Shown: piece after piece, positions 39,207 to 47,480 of the stretch
How positions within the stretch are numbered: position 1 is the stretch's first letter
How the letters are laid out: the number at the start of each line of letters is the position of its first letter
NCBI RefSeq assembly: GCF_036833075.1
Contig: NZ_DAITQL010000013.1
Coordinates: 4,883 to 68,882 of the forward strand
Direction of reading: 5' to 3'
Source: Hyphomicrobium sp.
GTDB taxonomy: Bacteria; Pseudomonadota; Alphaproteobacteria; Rhizobiales; Hyphomicrobiaceae
Length of the DNA stretch: 64,000 nucleotides
The notes under the pieces: model-generated
Database searches by the model: none
Seen by the model: only the letters and a program-made list of their open reading frames with translations
What the model was told of the DNA's origin: nothing
Made by a program: the position numbers and the translations under genes

Positions 39207-40097
39207 GTGAGCCCGGTCGCGTGTCGTGCTAGCGCCGAGACGAAGCGCCAGACCCTGGCGCGCTGGACGCTGGCCGCCCTGTTCGCCATGGCCGTGCATA
39301 GCGGCGTTGCGCTGGCCGTCGCGCACTGGCCATCGCCGGAGAGTTCCGCGGACGAGCCGCCGGCCGCCATGCTGATCGAGCTCGCGCCGCTGCCGTCCGC
39401 ACCCGAAGCCGCGCCGCAGGAGGTTGAGGCGGGCCTCCTCCAGCAAGCCTCCGAGGAGGCGAAACCGGTCGAGACGAAGACGGAGCCTCTCGACGACACG
39501 CCGACGGAGCCGGAGCCGCTCGCTGCCGAGATGCCGTCCGAAACTCTGCACGCGACACGGGACGATACGGTCTCCGCCATGCTCGAGATGCCGGACCTGC
39601 CGGCGATCGCGGAGGCTGAGGCGGTTCTGGAGGTCCAGGCTGCGAGACCGGCCAAGGAAAAGGCGCCTGCGGAGCCGAAAACGCGTGAAACCAAGAAAGA
39701 GACGGATGAGAAGGCCAAGCCCAAGAAAAAATCCGTGGCGCAGCAGGCCTCCGCGCCAAAGCCTTCGGCAGCGGCACGCGTGAAAAGCACCGCCGCACCA
39801 ACGTCGAGCACGGGCTCATCGATGTCGATGGCGACTTGGCGCGGCCAGGTCATGGCGCACCTCAACCGGCGCAAGCGCCATCCAGGCGGAGCCGCGGGCG
39901 GTACGGCATCGGTCTCCTTCACCATCGATCGTTCAGGCCGCGTGCTGTCGGCACGCCTCATCCGCTCTTCCGGCAGCGCCATTCTCGATCGCGAAGCCGT
40001 CGCACTTGCTCGCCGCGCGAGCCCCGTTCCCGCCCCGCCCGCCGGTATCGGCCGCGGGACCGTCAACTTGAGCGTGCCGGTTCGTTTCGCTCGATGA
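39207..40097 (+). CDS. tonB: TonB family protein of the heme locus
   Basis: TM AMAVH, Glu/Pro/Lys linker, VSFTIDRSG...SSGSAILDREA; start uncertain. Confidence 0.85.
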   Translation: MSPVACRASAETKRQTLARWTLAALFAMAVHSGVALAVAHWPSPESSADEPPAAMLIELAPLPSAPEAAPQEVEAGLLQQASEEAKPVETKTEPLDDTPTEPEPLAAEMPSETLHATRDDTVSAMLEMPDLPAIAEAEAVLEVQAARPAKEKAPAEPKTRETKKETDEKAKPKKKSVAQQASAPKPSAAARVKSTAAPTSSTGSSMSMATWRGQVMAHLNRRKRHPGGAAGGTASVSFTIDRSGRVLSARLIRSSGSAILDREAVALARRASPVPAPPAGIGRGTVNLSVPVRFAR

Positions 40098-40235
40098 AGA
40101 CCGTCTTGTTTGGGCTTTCTGCTTATAGAGTGTATACTGATAGACAGCATAAGGAACGCTTGAGCCGCGGCCGCGTTCCGACGAACGGCGCGCAGCCTGT
40201 GTGCAAATCGCCACACGCACGCGATGTTCCGTCGA

Positions 40236-40257
40236 AATCTATACTTAAAATATCAAC
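40236..40257. promoter_or_regulatory. Candidate iron-responsive operator upstream of chuW
   Basis: AATCTATACTTAAAATATCAAC, AT-rich, similar to 38370-38391. Confidence 0.4.
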
Positions 40258-40402
40258 TAATTGCTCGACGACAAGTTTGAGCCTCCCCTTCCCGCTTATG
40301 TTCGCCTCCGCGCTCATGGATCACTCGTGCGGATCGGACGAGACGATCGGGCGTGCAATCGGTGTCCCATGACACGCCCGTAAGGAAGGGAGCGTTGGTG
40401 CG

Positions 40403-41818
40403 TTGAGCTCTGAGATGACAGCGGCGGATCTTGCTCCGTATTTCGCTCGGATCGGAGACGACCCGCTCCGCGACGCGTTCACGGCGCGCCGTGCCGTCCT
40501 GCCGTGGCGGCACAAGCGGCCGCTCGCCGAGGACGCGGTGCCCGCCACATGGGCTCGCCTTATGAGCAGCCATCGCTCGCCCAATAAGCGGCTCGTCTAT
40601 ATCCACGTGCCGTTTTGCGCCAACCACTGCCTGTTCTGCGGCTTTTACCGCAACGCCTACACGCCGGGCAGCGCCGCGTCCTACGTGGATCTTCTGGTCG
40701 AGGAGATCGAGCACGAGGCCGCCGCACCGGTGCCCGGGAACCAGGAGATCGAGGCCGTTTATCTCGGAGGCGGTACGCCGAGCGCTCTCTCCGCAAAAGA
40801 GCTCTCGCGAATTCTCCGCACCGTCAAACGCTCACTCCCCCTCGCCCCCGATTGCGAGATCACGCTCGAGGGGCGCATCATCCATTTCGATCCCGAGAAG
40901 ATCGACGCCAGCCTCGAGGCCGGAGTCAATCGTATCTCCATCGGAGTGCAGAGCTTCGATACCGCCGTCCGGCGGCGGCAGGGGCGGCGCGCGGGCAAGG
41001 AGGAGGCGATTGGCTTCGTCGGCGCCATCCGCGATCGCAATCGCGCGGCCGTGGTTATCGACCTCCTTTACGGGCTTCCCGGCCAGAGCGACCGGATCTG
41101 GAGCGAGGATCTGCGCATCGCCGCGGATATCGCGCCCGACGGCGTCGATCTCTACGGCCTCAACCTCATTCCCGGAACGCCCCTGCAGCAAGCCATCGGG
41201 GCGGGCAAGTTTCCTGCTGCCGCAACGCTCAAGGACATCGGCGCCATGTACCGGGCCGGTGTCGAATTCCTCGCCGCCAAGGGCTGGGCTCAGATCAGCA
41301 ACAGCCACTGGGCGCGAACGCCGCGCGAGCGCAACGTCTACAATCTGCGCATCAAGGAGGGTGCCGATTGCCTTGCCTATGGCTCGGGAGCCGGCGGCAC
41401 GCTCGGCCGATACAGTTATTCCGTCGCGGCAGACCTCGACACCTATCGTGACGCCGTCACGGCCGGAAAAAAGCCGCTCGACGGAATGCGCGTGTCGAAT
41501 TCATTGCAACCCGCGCGCAATGCGATCACGGCCGGCCTCGAGGTCGGGCGCCTGGATCTCGAACGTATCGCCCTCCCCCATGGCGACACGCTTGCAGCCC
41601 GCGTTGCCCCGCTCATCGAGCAGTGGCGCGCCGCGGGCCTCGTATTGGTTGCAGGTCACGTCGTATCGCTCACGACGGCAGGACGCTTCTGGTACAGCAA
41701 TCTCATCTCGGCTTTCGACTCAATCCTGTCCGAAATCGACCCTGGCGCCGTTCCTGGCGTTTCAGCCGATGCGAACCACATCCCGGAACTTCATCAGAGA
41801 GCATCGCAGCCATCATGA
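40403..41818 (+). CDS. hutW: Anaerobic heme-degrading radical SAM methyltransferase ChuW/HutW
   Basis: YIHVPFCANHCLFCGFY (CxxxCxxC), GGGTP, SNSHW, ERNVYN; upstream of hutX. Confidence 0.9.
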   Translation: MSSEMTAADLAPYFARIGDDPLRDAFTARRAVLPWRHKRPLAEDAVPATWARLMSSHRSPNKRLVYIHVPFCANHCLFCGFYRNAYTPGSAASYVDLLVEEIEHEAAAPVPGNQEIEAVYLGGGTPSALSAKELSRILRTVKRSLPLAPDCEITLEGRIIHFDPEKIDASLEAGVNRISIGVQSFDTAVRRRQGRRAGKEEAIGFVGAIRDRNRAAVVIDLLYGLPGQSDRIWSEDLRIAADIAPDGVDLYGLNLIPGTPLQQAIGAGKFPAAATLKDIGAMYRAGVEFLAAKGWAQISNSHWARTPRERNVYNLRIKEGADCLAYGSGAGGTLGRYSYSVAADLDTYRDAVTAGKKPLDGMRVSNSLQPARNAITAGLEVGRLDLERIALPHGDTLAARVAPLIEQWRAAGLVLVAGHVVSLTTAGRFWYSNLISAFDSILSEIDPGAVPGVSADANHIPELHQRASQPS

Positions 41819-42345
41819 CCAATTCTCGCTCGACAGAACCCCACGATCTCGTCCGCAAGGAGCTTGCGGAAAACCCCGGCGGCATCCTGGAGAGCACCGC
41901 CTCCCAGCACGGCCTGTCGCTGCAGGACACCGTCGAATGCCTTCCGGCTGCCATGTGGAAGCGGATATCGGGCGCCCATTTCATCGATGTCATGCAGGAC
42001 ATCTCCCAATGGGGAAGCGTCACGATCATCTCGCATACCAGGGACGCCATCCTGGAGTTCGAAGGCCCGCTCCCGACGGGAAGCATGGGCCACGGCTTCT
42101 ACAATCTGTCCGGCGGCAGCGCGTTGAGCGGACATCTGCGAGCCGACAATTGCAAGGCAATCGTGTTCCTGCGGCGCCCGTTCATGGGCAAGGACACGGC
42201 GTCAGTGCAGTTCTTCAACGCCGATGGGGAAGCCATGTTCAAGATCTTCGTCGGCCGTGACGAGACAAAGCGCCTCAAAGCCGATCAGGTTGAAAAGTTC
42301 TCTCAGCTGGAAGGCCGCTTCCCGGCGGCCGGGAGCATGCATTGA
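41815..42345 (+). CDS. hutX: Heme utilization carrier ChuX/HutX
   Basis: GHGFYNL, LSGHL, RPFMGKDT, MFKIFVGRD; ATGA overlap with hutW. Confidence 0.92.
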   Translation: MTNSRSTEPHDLVRKELAENPGGILESTASQHGLSLQDTVECLPAAMWKRISGAHFIDVMQDISQWGSVTIISHTRDAILEFEGPLPTGSMGHGFYNLSGGSALSGHLRADNCKAIVFLRRPFMGKDTASVQFFNADGEAMFKIFVGRDETKRLKADQVEKFSQLEGRFPAAGSMH

Positions 42346-42346
42346 C

Positions 42347-43018
42347 ATGAGGCCGGTACTGATCTTCGGGGCGAGCCGAGGTGTCGGTTTGCTTCTCGCG
42401 CAGCAGTTGCGGAAGGAGGGCGTTCCGGTTTTCGCCATGCTTCGGCCGGGAGCTCAGCGCGCCGATCTTGACGCACAAGGCGTCCACGTTGTCGGCGGGG
42501 ACGCATTCTCCTTTGCGGACGTGGAGCAGGCCTTCGCTCTGTCTCTGGCAGAGCTCGATGTGGTGTCGACCTTGGGCGGACGGGGCGCGTCCGGCCGTTA
42601 CGTTGATGAGGATGGAAACATCAACGTCATTGACTGCGCCCGAGTGCACAAGATCGTCCGCTTCGTCCTCGTGACATCGATCGGCTGCGGAGAGATGGCG
42701 CCCTATCGGTCCGAGCGCGCTATCGCAGCGTTCGGCGCCGCCGTGGACGCGAAAACCCGCGCCGAGGAGCATCTGAAGCGCACGATTCCCTCAGGCACGA
42801 TCATCCGGCCGGGAGGCCTGCGGTCGGAGCCGGCCACCGGGCGTGGGATCCTGACGACGGACCCCGCGATGCATGGCTTCATCAACCGCGCAGACATGGC
42901 GGACCTTGTTGTGCGCGCGCTTCGAGACGAAACGACGGCCGGACGGGCCTTCGCCGCGGTCGATGCCGACCAGGCGAAAAGCGTCAATCCGATCGCGCCT
43001 TTTCCTCTGGCAGCATGA
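42347..43018 (+). CDS. NAD(P)H-binding atypical SDR, ChuY (anaerobilin reductase)-like
   Basis: FGASRGVG, VTSIGCG, KTRAE, IRPGGL; follows the W and X genes. Confidence 0.8.
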   Translation: MRPVLIFGASRGVGLLLAQQLRKEGVPVFAMLRPGAQRADLDAQGVHVVGGDAFSFADVEQAFALSLAELDVVSTLGGRGASGRYVDEDGNINVIDCARVHKIVRFVLVTSIGCGEMAPYRSERAIAAFGAAVDAKTRAEEHLKRTIPSGTIIRPGGLRSEPATGRGILTTDPAMHGFINRADMADLVVRALRDETTAGRAFAAVDADQAKSVNPIAPFPLAA

Positions 43019-43034
43019 GCGAGCGAGGCCGGGA

Positions 43035-43412
43035 ATGAAACTCAGTTTTCTCATGATCATATTGACGATGCTCGAGAGCGGAGACATGTCGGCAGCGTTC
43101 GTGAATACGGACTCTCTCGACGAATGCGAGCGCCGCGCGAAGGCCGTTAGCACGATTCTGGCGGGCCAGAAATTGCCGATCAAGGATCTCGTCTGCCGGC
43201 GCTCCGAGGCGACTTTCGAACCGTTCTCGCACAGCGGAGAAAACGCCGGCGCGTACCGGTACATCGTGACGTTCGACGAGCGCGAGGCGTGGGTGACGCC
43301 GCGCGCCGCCGATGCAGCCTGTGACGGCCAAGGCGCTTCGGCTCGAGCTCCACCCGAACCCGTTCGATTCTGCGTGTCATCTGCGCAGAAGCTGCTTTCG
43401 GAACAGAACTGA
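43035..43412 (+). CDS. Hypothetical exported protein with four Cys
   Basis: Hydrophobic N-terminus; co-oriented inside the heme operon. Confidence 0.6.
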   Translation: MKLSFLMIILTMLESGDMSAAFVNTDSLDECERRAKAVSTILAGQKLPIKDLVCRRSEATFEPFSHSGENAGAYRYIVTFDEREAWVTPRAADAACDGQGASARAPPEPVRFCVSSAQKLLSEQN

Positions 43413-43503
43413 CGGCTGAGAAAGCCGGCGGATTGCACTGTGGCGCGGCAACGCGTTTTCACAGACGGCCTTGTTGTGGCGTATTTCAGGGAAGGACACG
43501 ACC

Positions 43504-45717
43504 ATGAAGACGATGAAGCTGGGCCTCAGGGCTGAAGGCGGGGCGCATCCGCGAGGCCCGCTTCCGCGCCGCTCCCCATGCCGGCCCCTGACGAAGGGCA
43601 TCGCAGTGAGCCTGATGCTGTCGGCAGCGTCGCTCGCCTCTGTGCCGTCTCGAGCCCAGAACAGCACCGTCTGGCTCGACGAGGTCACCGTGATCGGCAC
43701 GCGGACCGAGGTCTCCGTGCAGAACAATCCGGCGTCCGTCACCGTCATCGATCAGCAGCAGCTCGAGCGCAAGGCGCCCGAGAGCATCGCCGAGATGTTG
43801 CGTGACGTCCCGGGCGTCGAGGTCGTCGACGCGTCCGCCGCCGGCATGAAGCGCCTGCGTATCCGCGGTGAATCCTCGGCGCGCGTCACCATCCTCGTCG
43901 ACGGGCAGGAGATCACCGACCATAGCACGTACGGCACGCCGATCCTGATTGATCCGAGCAACGTGGAGCGCATCGATGTCGTGCGCGGCCCTGCGTCGGT
44001 CCTCTACGGCGCCAAGGCGATCGGCGGCGTCATCAACATCATTACGAAACGGGGATCCGAGAAGCCCGTCGAGGTCGAGCTGGGTGGCAGCTATTATTCC
44101 GCAACCCGGGGATATCAGGGATGGGGTGCCCTTTCGGGAACGATAGACAATATGGACTATCGGATCTCAGGCGGCCTCGAGGATCACGGCGACCGCAAGG
44201 TTCCGGAAGGGCGATACACGTCGACCGGGAGGCTCGATGGGACATCGTTCGACACCGACAATCTCTATCTGCATCTCGGCTATACCTTCGGTGCCGCGAA
44301 GAACCACTACCTCGCCTTCAAGGCGGAGCAGAACCGGTTGTCGACCGAAAGCTGGACTGATCCGACGACCCTCGAGTATCCGGTTACCGATTTCAGAATT
44401 GAGCTGCCCCAGCGCGACCGCCAGAAGGTCGGTCTCTACTACGACGGCAAGGATCTTGGCCCCGTTCTGCGCAACGTGCATGTCGACGCCTACTATCAGA
44501 CGATCGATCGCCTGTTCCTGAACGAAGTCGTGATGAGGCCTACGGCCAGCACAACGGTGGGGGTGACGTCGACATCCGACGATCAGATCGAAAACTTCGG
44601 CGGCACGGCGCAGGCCGATTTCCAGTTCCATCCCGATCACTACACAATCATGGGTATTCACTACCTGTCGGACGGCCTGGATGCCGCGAAGACCTCGACG
44701 CAGGTCGCGACGATATCACGGCCCCCCCCTCTCTCCCCCATCGTAAGCACCACTTACTCAGAGGGCGTCGACAATGCGTTCATCCGGACGGCGTCCGCCT
44801 TCGCCCAGAACGAATGGTCCTTCGCCAAGGACTTCAAGCTCGTGACCGGCGCCCGCTACTACTATGTCGAGACCGAGCTCGATTACACGACCAACGCCAG
44901 CAAAGAGCTCGGGACGGACAGCGACGGCCACATCGTCACCTCCGCCAGCCTGGTCTACACGGGCATCCAGGATACGACGCTCAGAGCCCACTACGCGGAA
45001 GGCTATATCATGCCGACGCTCTTGCAGCTCTTCACGGATTCGTCGGCCGGCCGCGGCACGCTCACATATGGAAATCCCGATCTCGATCCCGAGACGTCGC
45101 GGAGCTACGAGATCGGCGCCCGGTATAACGCAAGCGGTCTCGCCGTGGACCTGACGGGCTTCTACACGACGGCAGATGACTACATCGCCACCATCCACTG
45201 CGGCACGGGCGCGGCATGTCCCGCCACCGCGACCGCGGCGGAGTACATTTACGACAACGTCAACGCGGCGACGACCTATGGCATCGAGCTCATGGCCGAA
45301 TACACCATCCCCGGCACCGCGTTCACGCCTTACGTGAATGGCGCATGGATGAAACGCGAGCTCGAGCTCAACGAGTTCGATACCTACAACAGCAATACGC
45401 CGGAATTTTCCGGCCGCTTCGGCGTGCGCCACGAAACGGTGATCGGAGGGTTCCCCCTGTGGGCCGATCTTTTTGTACGGGCTGCAAGCGGCGTGAAGCT
45501 ATCCTCCTGGAATACCACGAGCGCCTCCGTCGAAACCGACTCGCTCCCGAGCTGGGCGACGCTCAACTTTGCCTTCGGCGGAGCGCTCACGCGCGACGAG
45601 TCGACGACATTCGCGATCAGCCTCAACAATCTCACCAACGAGGAGTATCGCTCGTCGTTCGACGAACTTCCGGGCGTGGGCCGCAGCGTCGAATTGACTG
45701 CCCGCATGAGGTTCTGA
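43504..45717 (+). CDS. TonB-dependent receptor, probably heme/hemoprotein
   Basis: DEVTVIG TonB box, ERIDVVRGPASVLYG, NPDLDPETS, C-terminal MRF; operon context. Confidence 0.9.
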   Translation: MKTMKLGLRAEGGAHPRGPLPRRSPCRPLTKGIAVSLMLSAASLASVPSRAQNSTVWLDEVTVIGTRTEVSVQNNPASVTVIDQQQLERKAPESIAEMLRDVPGVEVVDASAAGMKRLRIRGESSARVTILVDGQEITDHSTYGTPILIDPSNVERIDVVRGPASVLYGAKAIGGVINIITKRGSEKPVEVELGGSYYSATRGYQGWGALSGTIDNMDYRISGGLEDHGDRKVPEGRYTSTGRLDGTSFDTDNLYLHLGYTFGAAKNHYLAFKAEQNRLSTESWTDPTTLEYPVTDFRIELPQRDRQKVGLYYDGKDLGPVLRNVHVDAYYQTIDRLFLNEVVMRPTASTTVGVTSTSDDQIENFGGTAQADFQFHPDHYTIMGIHYLSDGLDAAKTSTQVATISRPPPLSPIVSTTYSEGVDNAFIRTASAFAQNEWSFAKDFKLVTGARYYYVETELDYTTNASKELGTDSDGHIVTSASLVYTGIQDTTLRAHYAEGYIMPTLLQLFTDSSAGRGTLTYGNPDLDPETSRSYEIGARYNASGLAVDLTGFYTTADDYIATIHCGTGAACPATATAAEYIYDNVNAATTYGIELMAEYTIPGTAFTPYVNGAWMKRELELNEFDTYNSNTPEFSGRFGVRHETVIGGFPLWADLFVRAASGVKLSSWNTTSASVETDSLPSWATLNFAFGGALTRDESTTFAISLNNLTNEEYRSSFDELPGVGRSVELTARMRF

Positions 45718-45863
45718 CGCTTGGCCTGAACGAGCATGCTTCGCCCGTCACGCCGTGATCACGGCCGTGGCGGGCGTGCGTTTGGAATAGGCCGGCATCG
45801 GGCGGCGCAGGGGTCGGCAGAAAAGACGAGCCCCCGCCAAGCGCAGCCCGCTCCCGGCCGACC

Positions 45864-46067
45864 TCAGGAGAACGCGACGCCCGGGCGCACGCCGAGACGT
45901 TTGAGCACAATCGCCACCGGGCAGAAGCCCGTGGCCGAGGCTTGCAGCATGTTCACTCCCACGAAGGCCGTGAGCAGCAGCCAGTAGGGGCTATGAACCT
46001 GGCTGAGCGCGAGGCTCGCCAGAATCATGCAGCCTGCGAAAGCCAGAACGGCGCGATCGATCGTCAT
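45864..46067 (-). CDS. DUF2892 / YgaP-like small membrane protein
   Basis: IDRAV...FVGVNMLQASATGFCP. Confidence 0.88.
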   Translation of the reverse strand: MTIDRAVLAFAGCMILASLALSQVHSPYWLLLTAFVGVNMLQASATGFCPVAIVLKRLGVRPGVAFS

Positions 46068-46390
46068 TTCGACGTCCTCCGGTGCTTGGACCCGGCGGGA
46101 GCACAGAACAGCTCGTGCAACACGCCGATGAGGCGGACGACGCGACTGTCCGCCAGGCTGTAGTAGATCGTCTGGGATTCGCGTCGCGTCGCGACGAAGC
46201 CACCCTCCCTGAGCTTGGCGAGATGCTGCGAGAGGGCCGACTGGCTGAGCGGCACAACAGCCTCCAGCGCCGATACCGACCGCTCCCCCTTGTGCAGTTC
46301 GCACAGGATCATCAGGCGATGCTGGTTGGCGAGCGCCTTGAGAAGGTCGGCCGCTTCCTCGCTGTTCGAAACGAGCTCTTTAATATTCAT
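46064..46390 (-). CDS. ArsR/SmtB repressor of the BigR/SqrR type
   Basis: LKALANQHRLMILC...SQHLAKLR...YYSL...LFC; two-Cys signature. Confidence 0.88.
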   Translation of the reverse strand: MNIKELVSNSEEAADLLKALANQHRLMILCELHKGERSVSALEAVVPLSQSALSQHLAKLREGGFVATRRESQTIYYSLADSRVVRLIGVLHELFCAPAGSKHRRTSK

Positions 46391-46397
46391 GTTTACT

Positions 46398-46426
46398 AAA
46401 TTAGATTATACTGATATCGCCGTCAA
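46398..46426 (-). promoter_or_regulatory. Sigma70-type promoter for a probably leaderless arsR mRNA, with overlapping operator
   Basis: Minus strand TTGACG-17nt-TAATTT-7nt-ATG; spacer region contains ATCAG-TATAAT-CTAAT. Confidence 0.55.
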
Positions 46427-46466
46427 GCGGCCAATCCCGATGCGGGATGGAAGAAGGGAACACGGA

Positions 46467-47480
46467 ATGAGACGACGCGCCGGAACGGTTGCGCTGCTCT
46501 GCATGCTGGCCCCCATGATGGGTGTCGCGGCGCGCGCCGACGATCCGAAGACATTCAAGGTTGAGACCACCGAGATCGATGATCTCAAGTCTGTCTACGC
46601 CACGGTGCGCAGCCGGGATCTGATCTACGCCCGCGTGCGAACGCCGGGCACGGTGGAGTCCCTGAAGGTCGACGAAGGCGACGCCGTCCAGGAAGGACAG
46701 GTGCTCGCCCTCGTCGCCGATCCGAAAATCTCTCTCAAGATGAAGGCCATCGACGCCCGGATCGTCGCTGCGACCTCGCGCATGGACACGGCGAAGCTCG
46801 AGCTCGATCGCGCCAGGACCCTTCTTGAGCAACGCGTTTCACCCCAGTCGCGCCTCGATCAGGCGCAGACGGCCTATGATGTGGCCATCAACGACCTCAA
46901 GGCGGCAGAAGCCGAGCGCGCGGTCGCCGAGACCGAGATCCAGGAAGGGGAGGTGCTGGCGCCGACGGCCGGCCGCGTGCTCAAGGTTCCCGTCACGCAG
47001 GGCAGCGTCGTGCTTGCCGGCGAGAGCATCGCGACCATCGCGGCGGGCGGCTATCTCCTGCGTCTCGAGCTGCCGGAGCGCTACGCGCGATTCATGACGG
47101 TCGGCGATGCGGTGCGCCTCGGCGCGCGCGGCCTTGGCCTCTCCGAGGGCCCGGCGACCGAGGGGCGGATCGTGCAGGTCTATCCGGAATTGGACAACGG
47201 TCGCGTGATCGCGGATGCCGAAGTCGCGGACCTCGGTGCGTATTTCGTAGGCGAGCGCGTGCTGGTTTGGATCTCGGCCGGCAAGCGCCAGTCCTATGTG
47301 GTGCCAAAATCGTATGTCTTCCGCCGTTTCGGCATCGACTACGTGCGGCTTGCGCGCGAAGGCGGCGGATATGCCGATGCCGTCGTTCAGACCGGGCGCG
47401 CGGTCGAAGGGCCGGACGGGCGACAGGGCATCGAAATCCTCGCTGGCGTCGCAACCGGTGACGGGCTGGTGCAGCCATGA
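46467..47480 (+). CDS. RND efflux membrane fusion protein
   Basis: Lipoyl-like VDEGDAV and LAPTAGRV segments around an alpha-hairpin. Confidence 0.9.
   Translation: MRRRAGTVALLCMLAPMMGVAARADDPKTFKVETTEIDDLKSVYATVRSRDLIYARVRTPGTVESLKVDEGDAVQEGQVLALVADPKISLKMKAIDARIVAATSRMDTAKLELDRARTLLEQRVSPQSRLDQAQTAYDVAINDLKAAEAERAVAETEIQEGEVLAPTAGRVLKVPVTQGSVVLAGESIATIAAGGYLLRLELPERYARFMTVGDAVRLGARGLGLSEGPATEGRIVQVYPELDNGRVIADAEVADLGAYFVGERVLVWISAGKRQSYVVPKSYVFRRFGIDYVRLAREGGGYADAVVQTGRAVEGPDGRQGIEILAGVATGDGLVQP

Noticed and set aside
40403..41818. Annotation as coproporphyrinogen III oxidase HemN
   Set aside because: The CANHCLFCGFY motif and coupling to hutX and chuY-like genes in a heme-uptake locus fit ChuW/HutW better.
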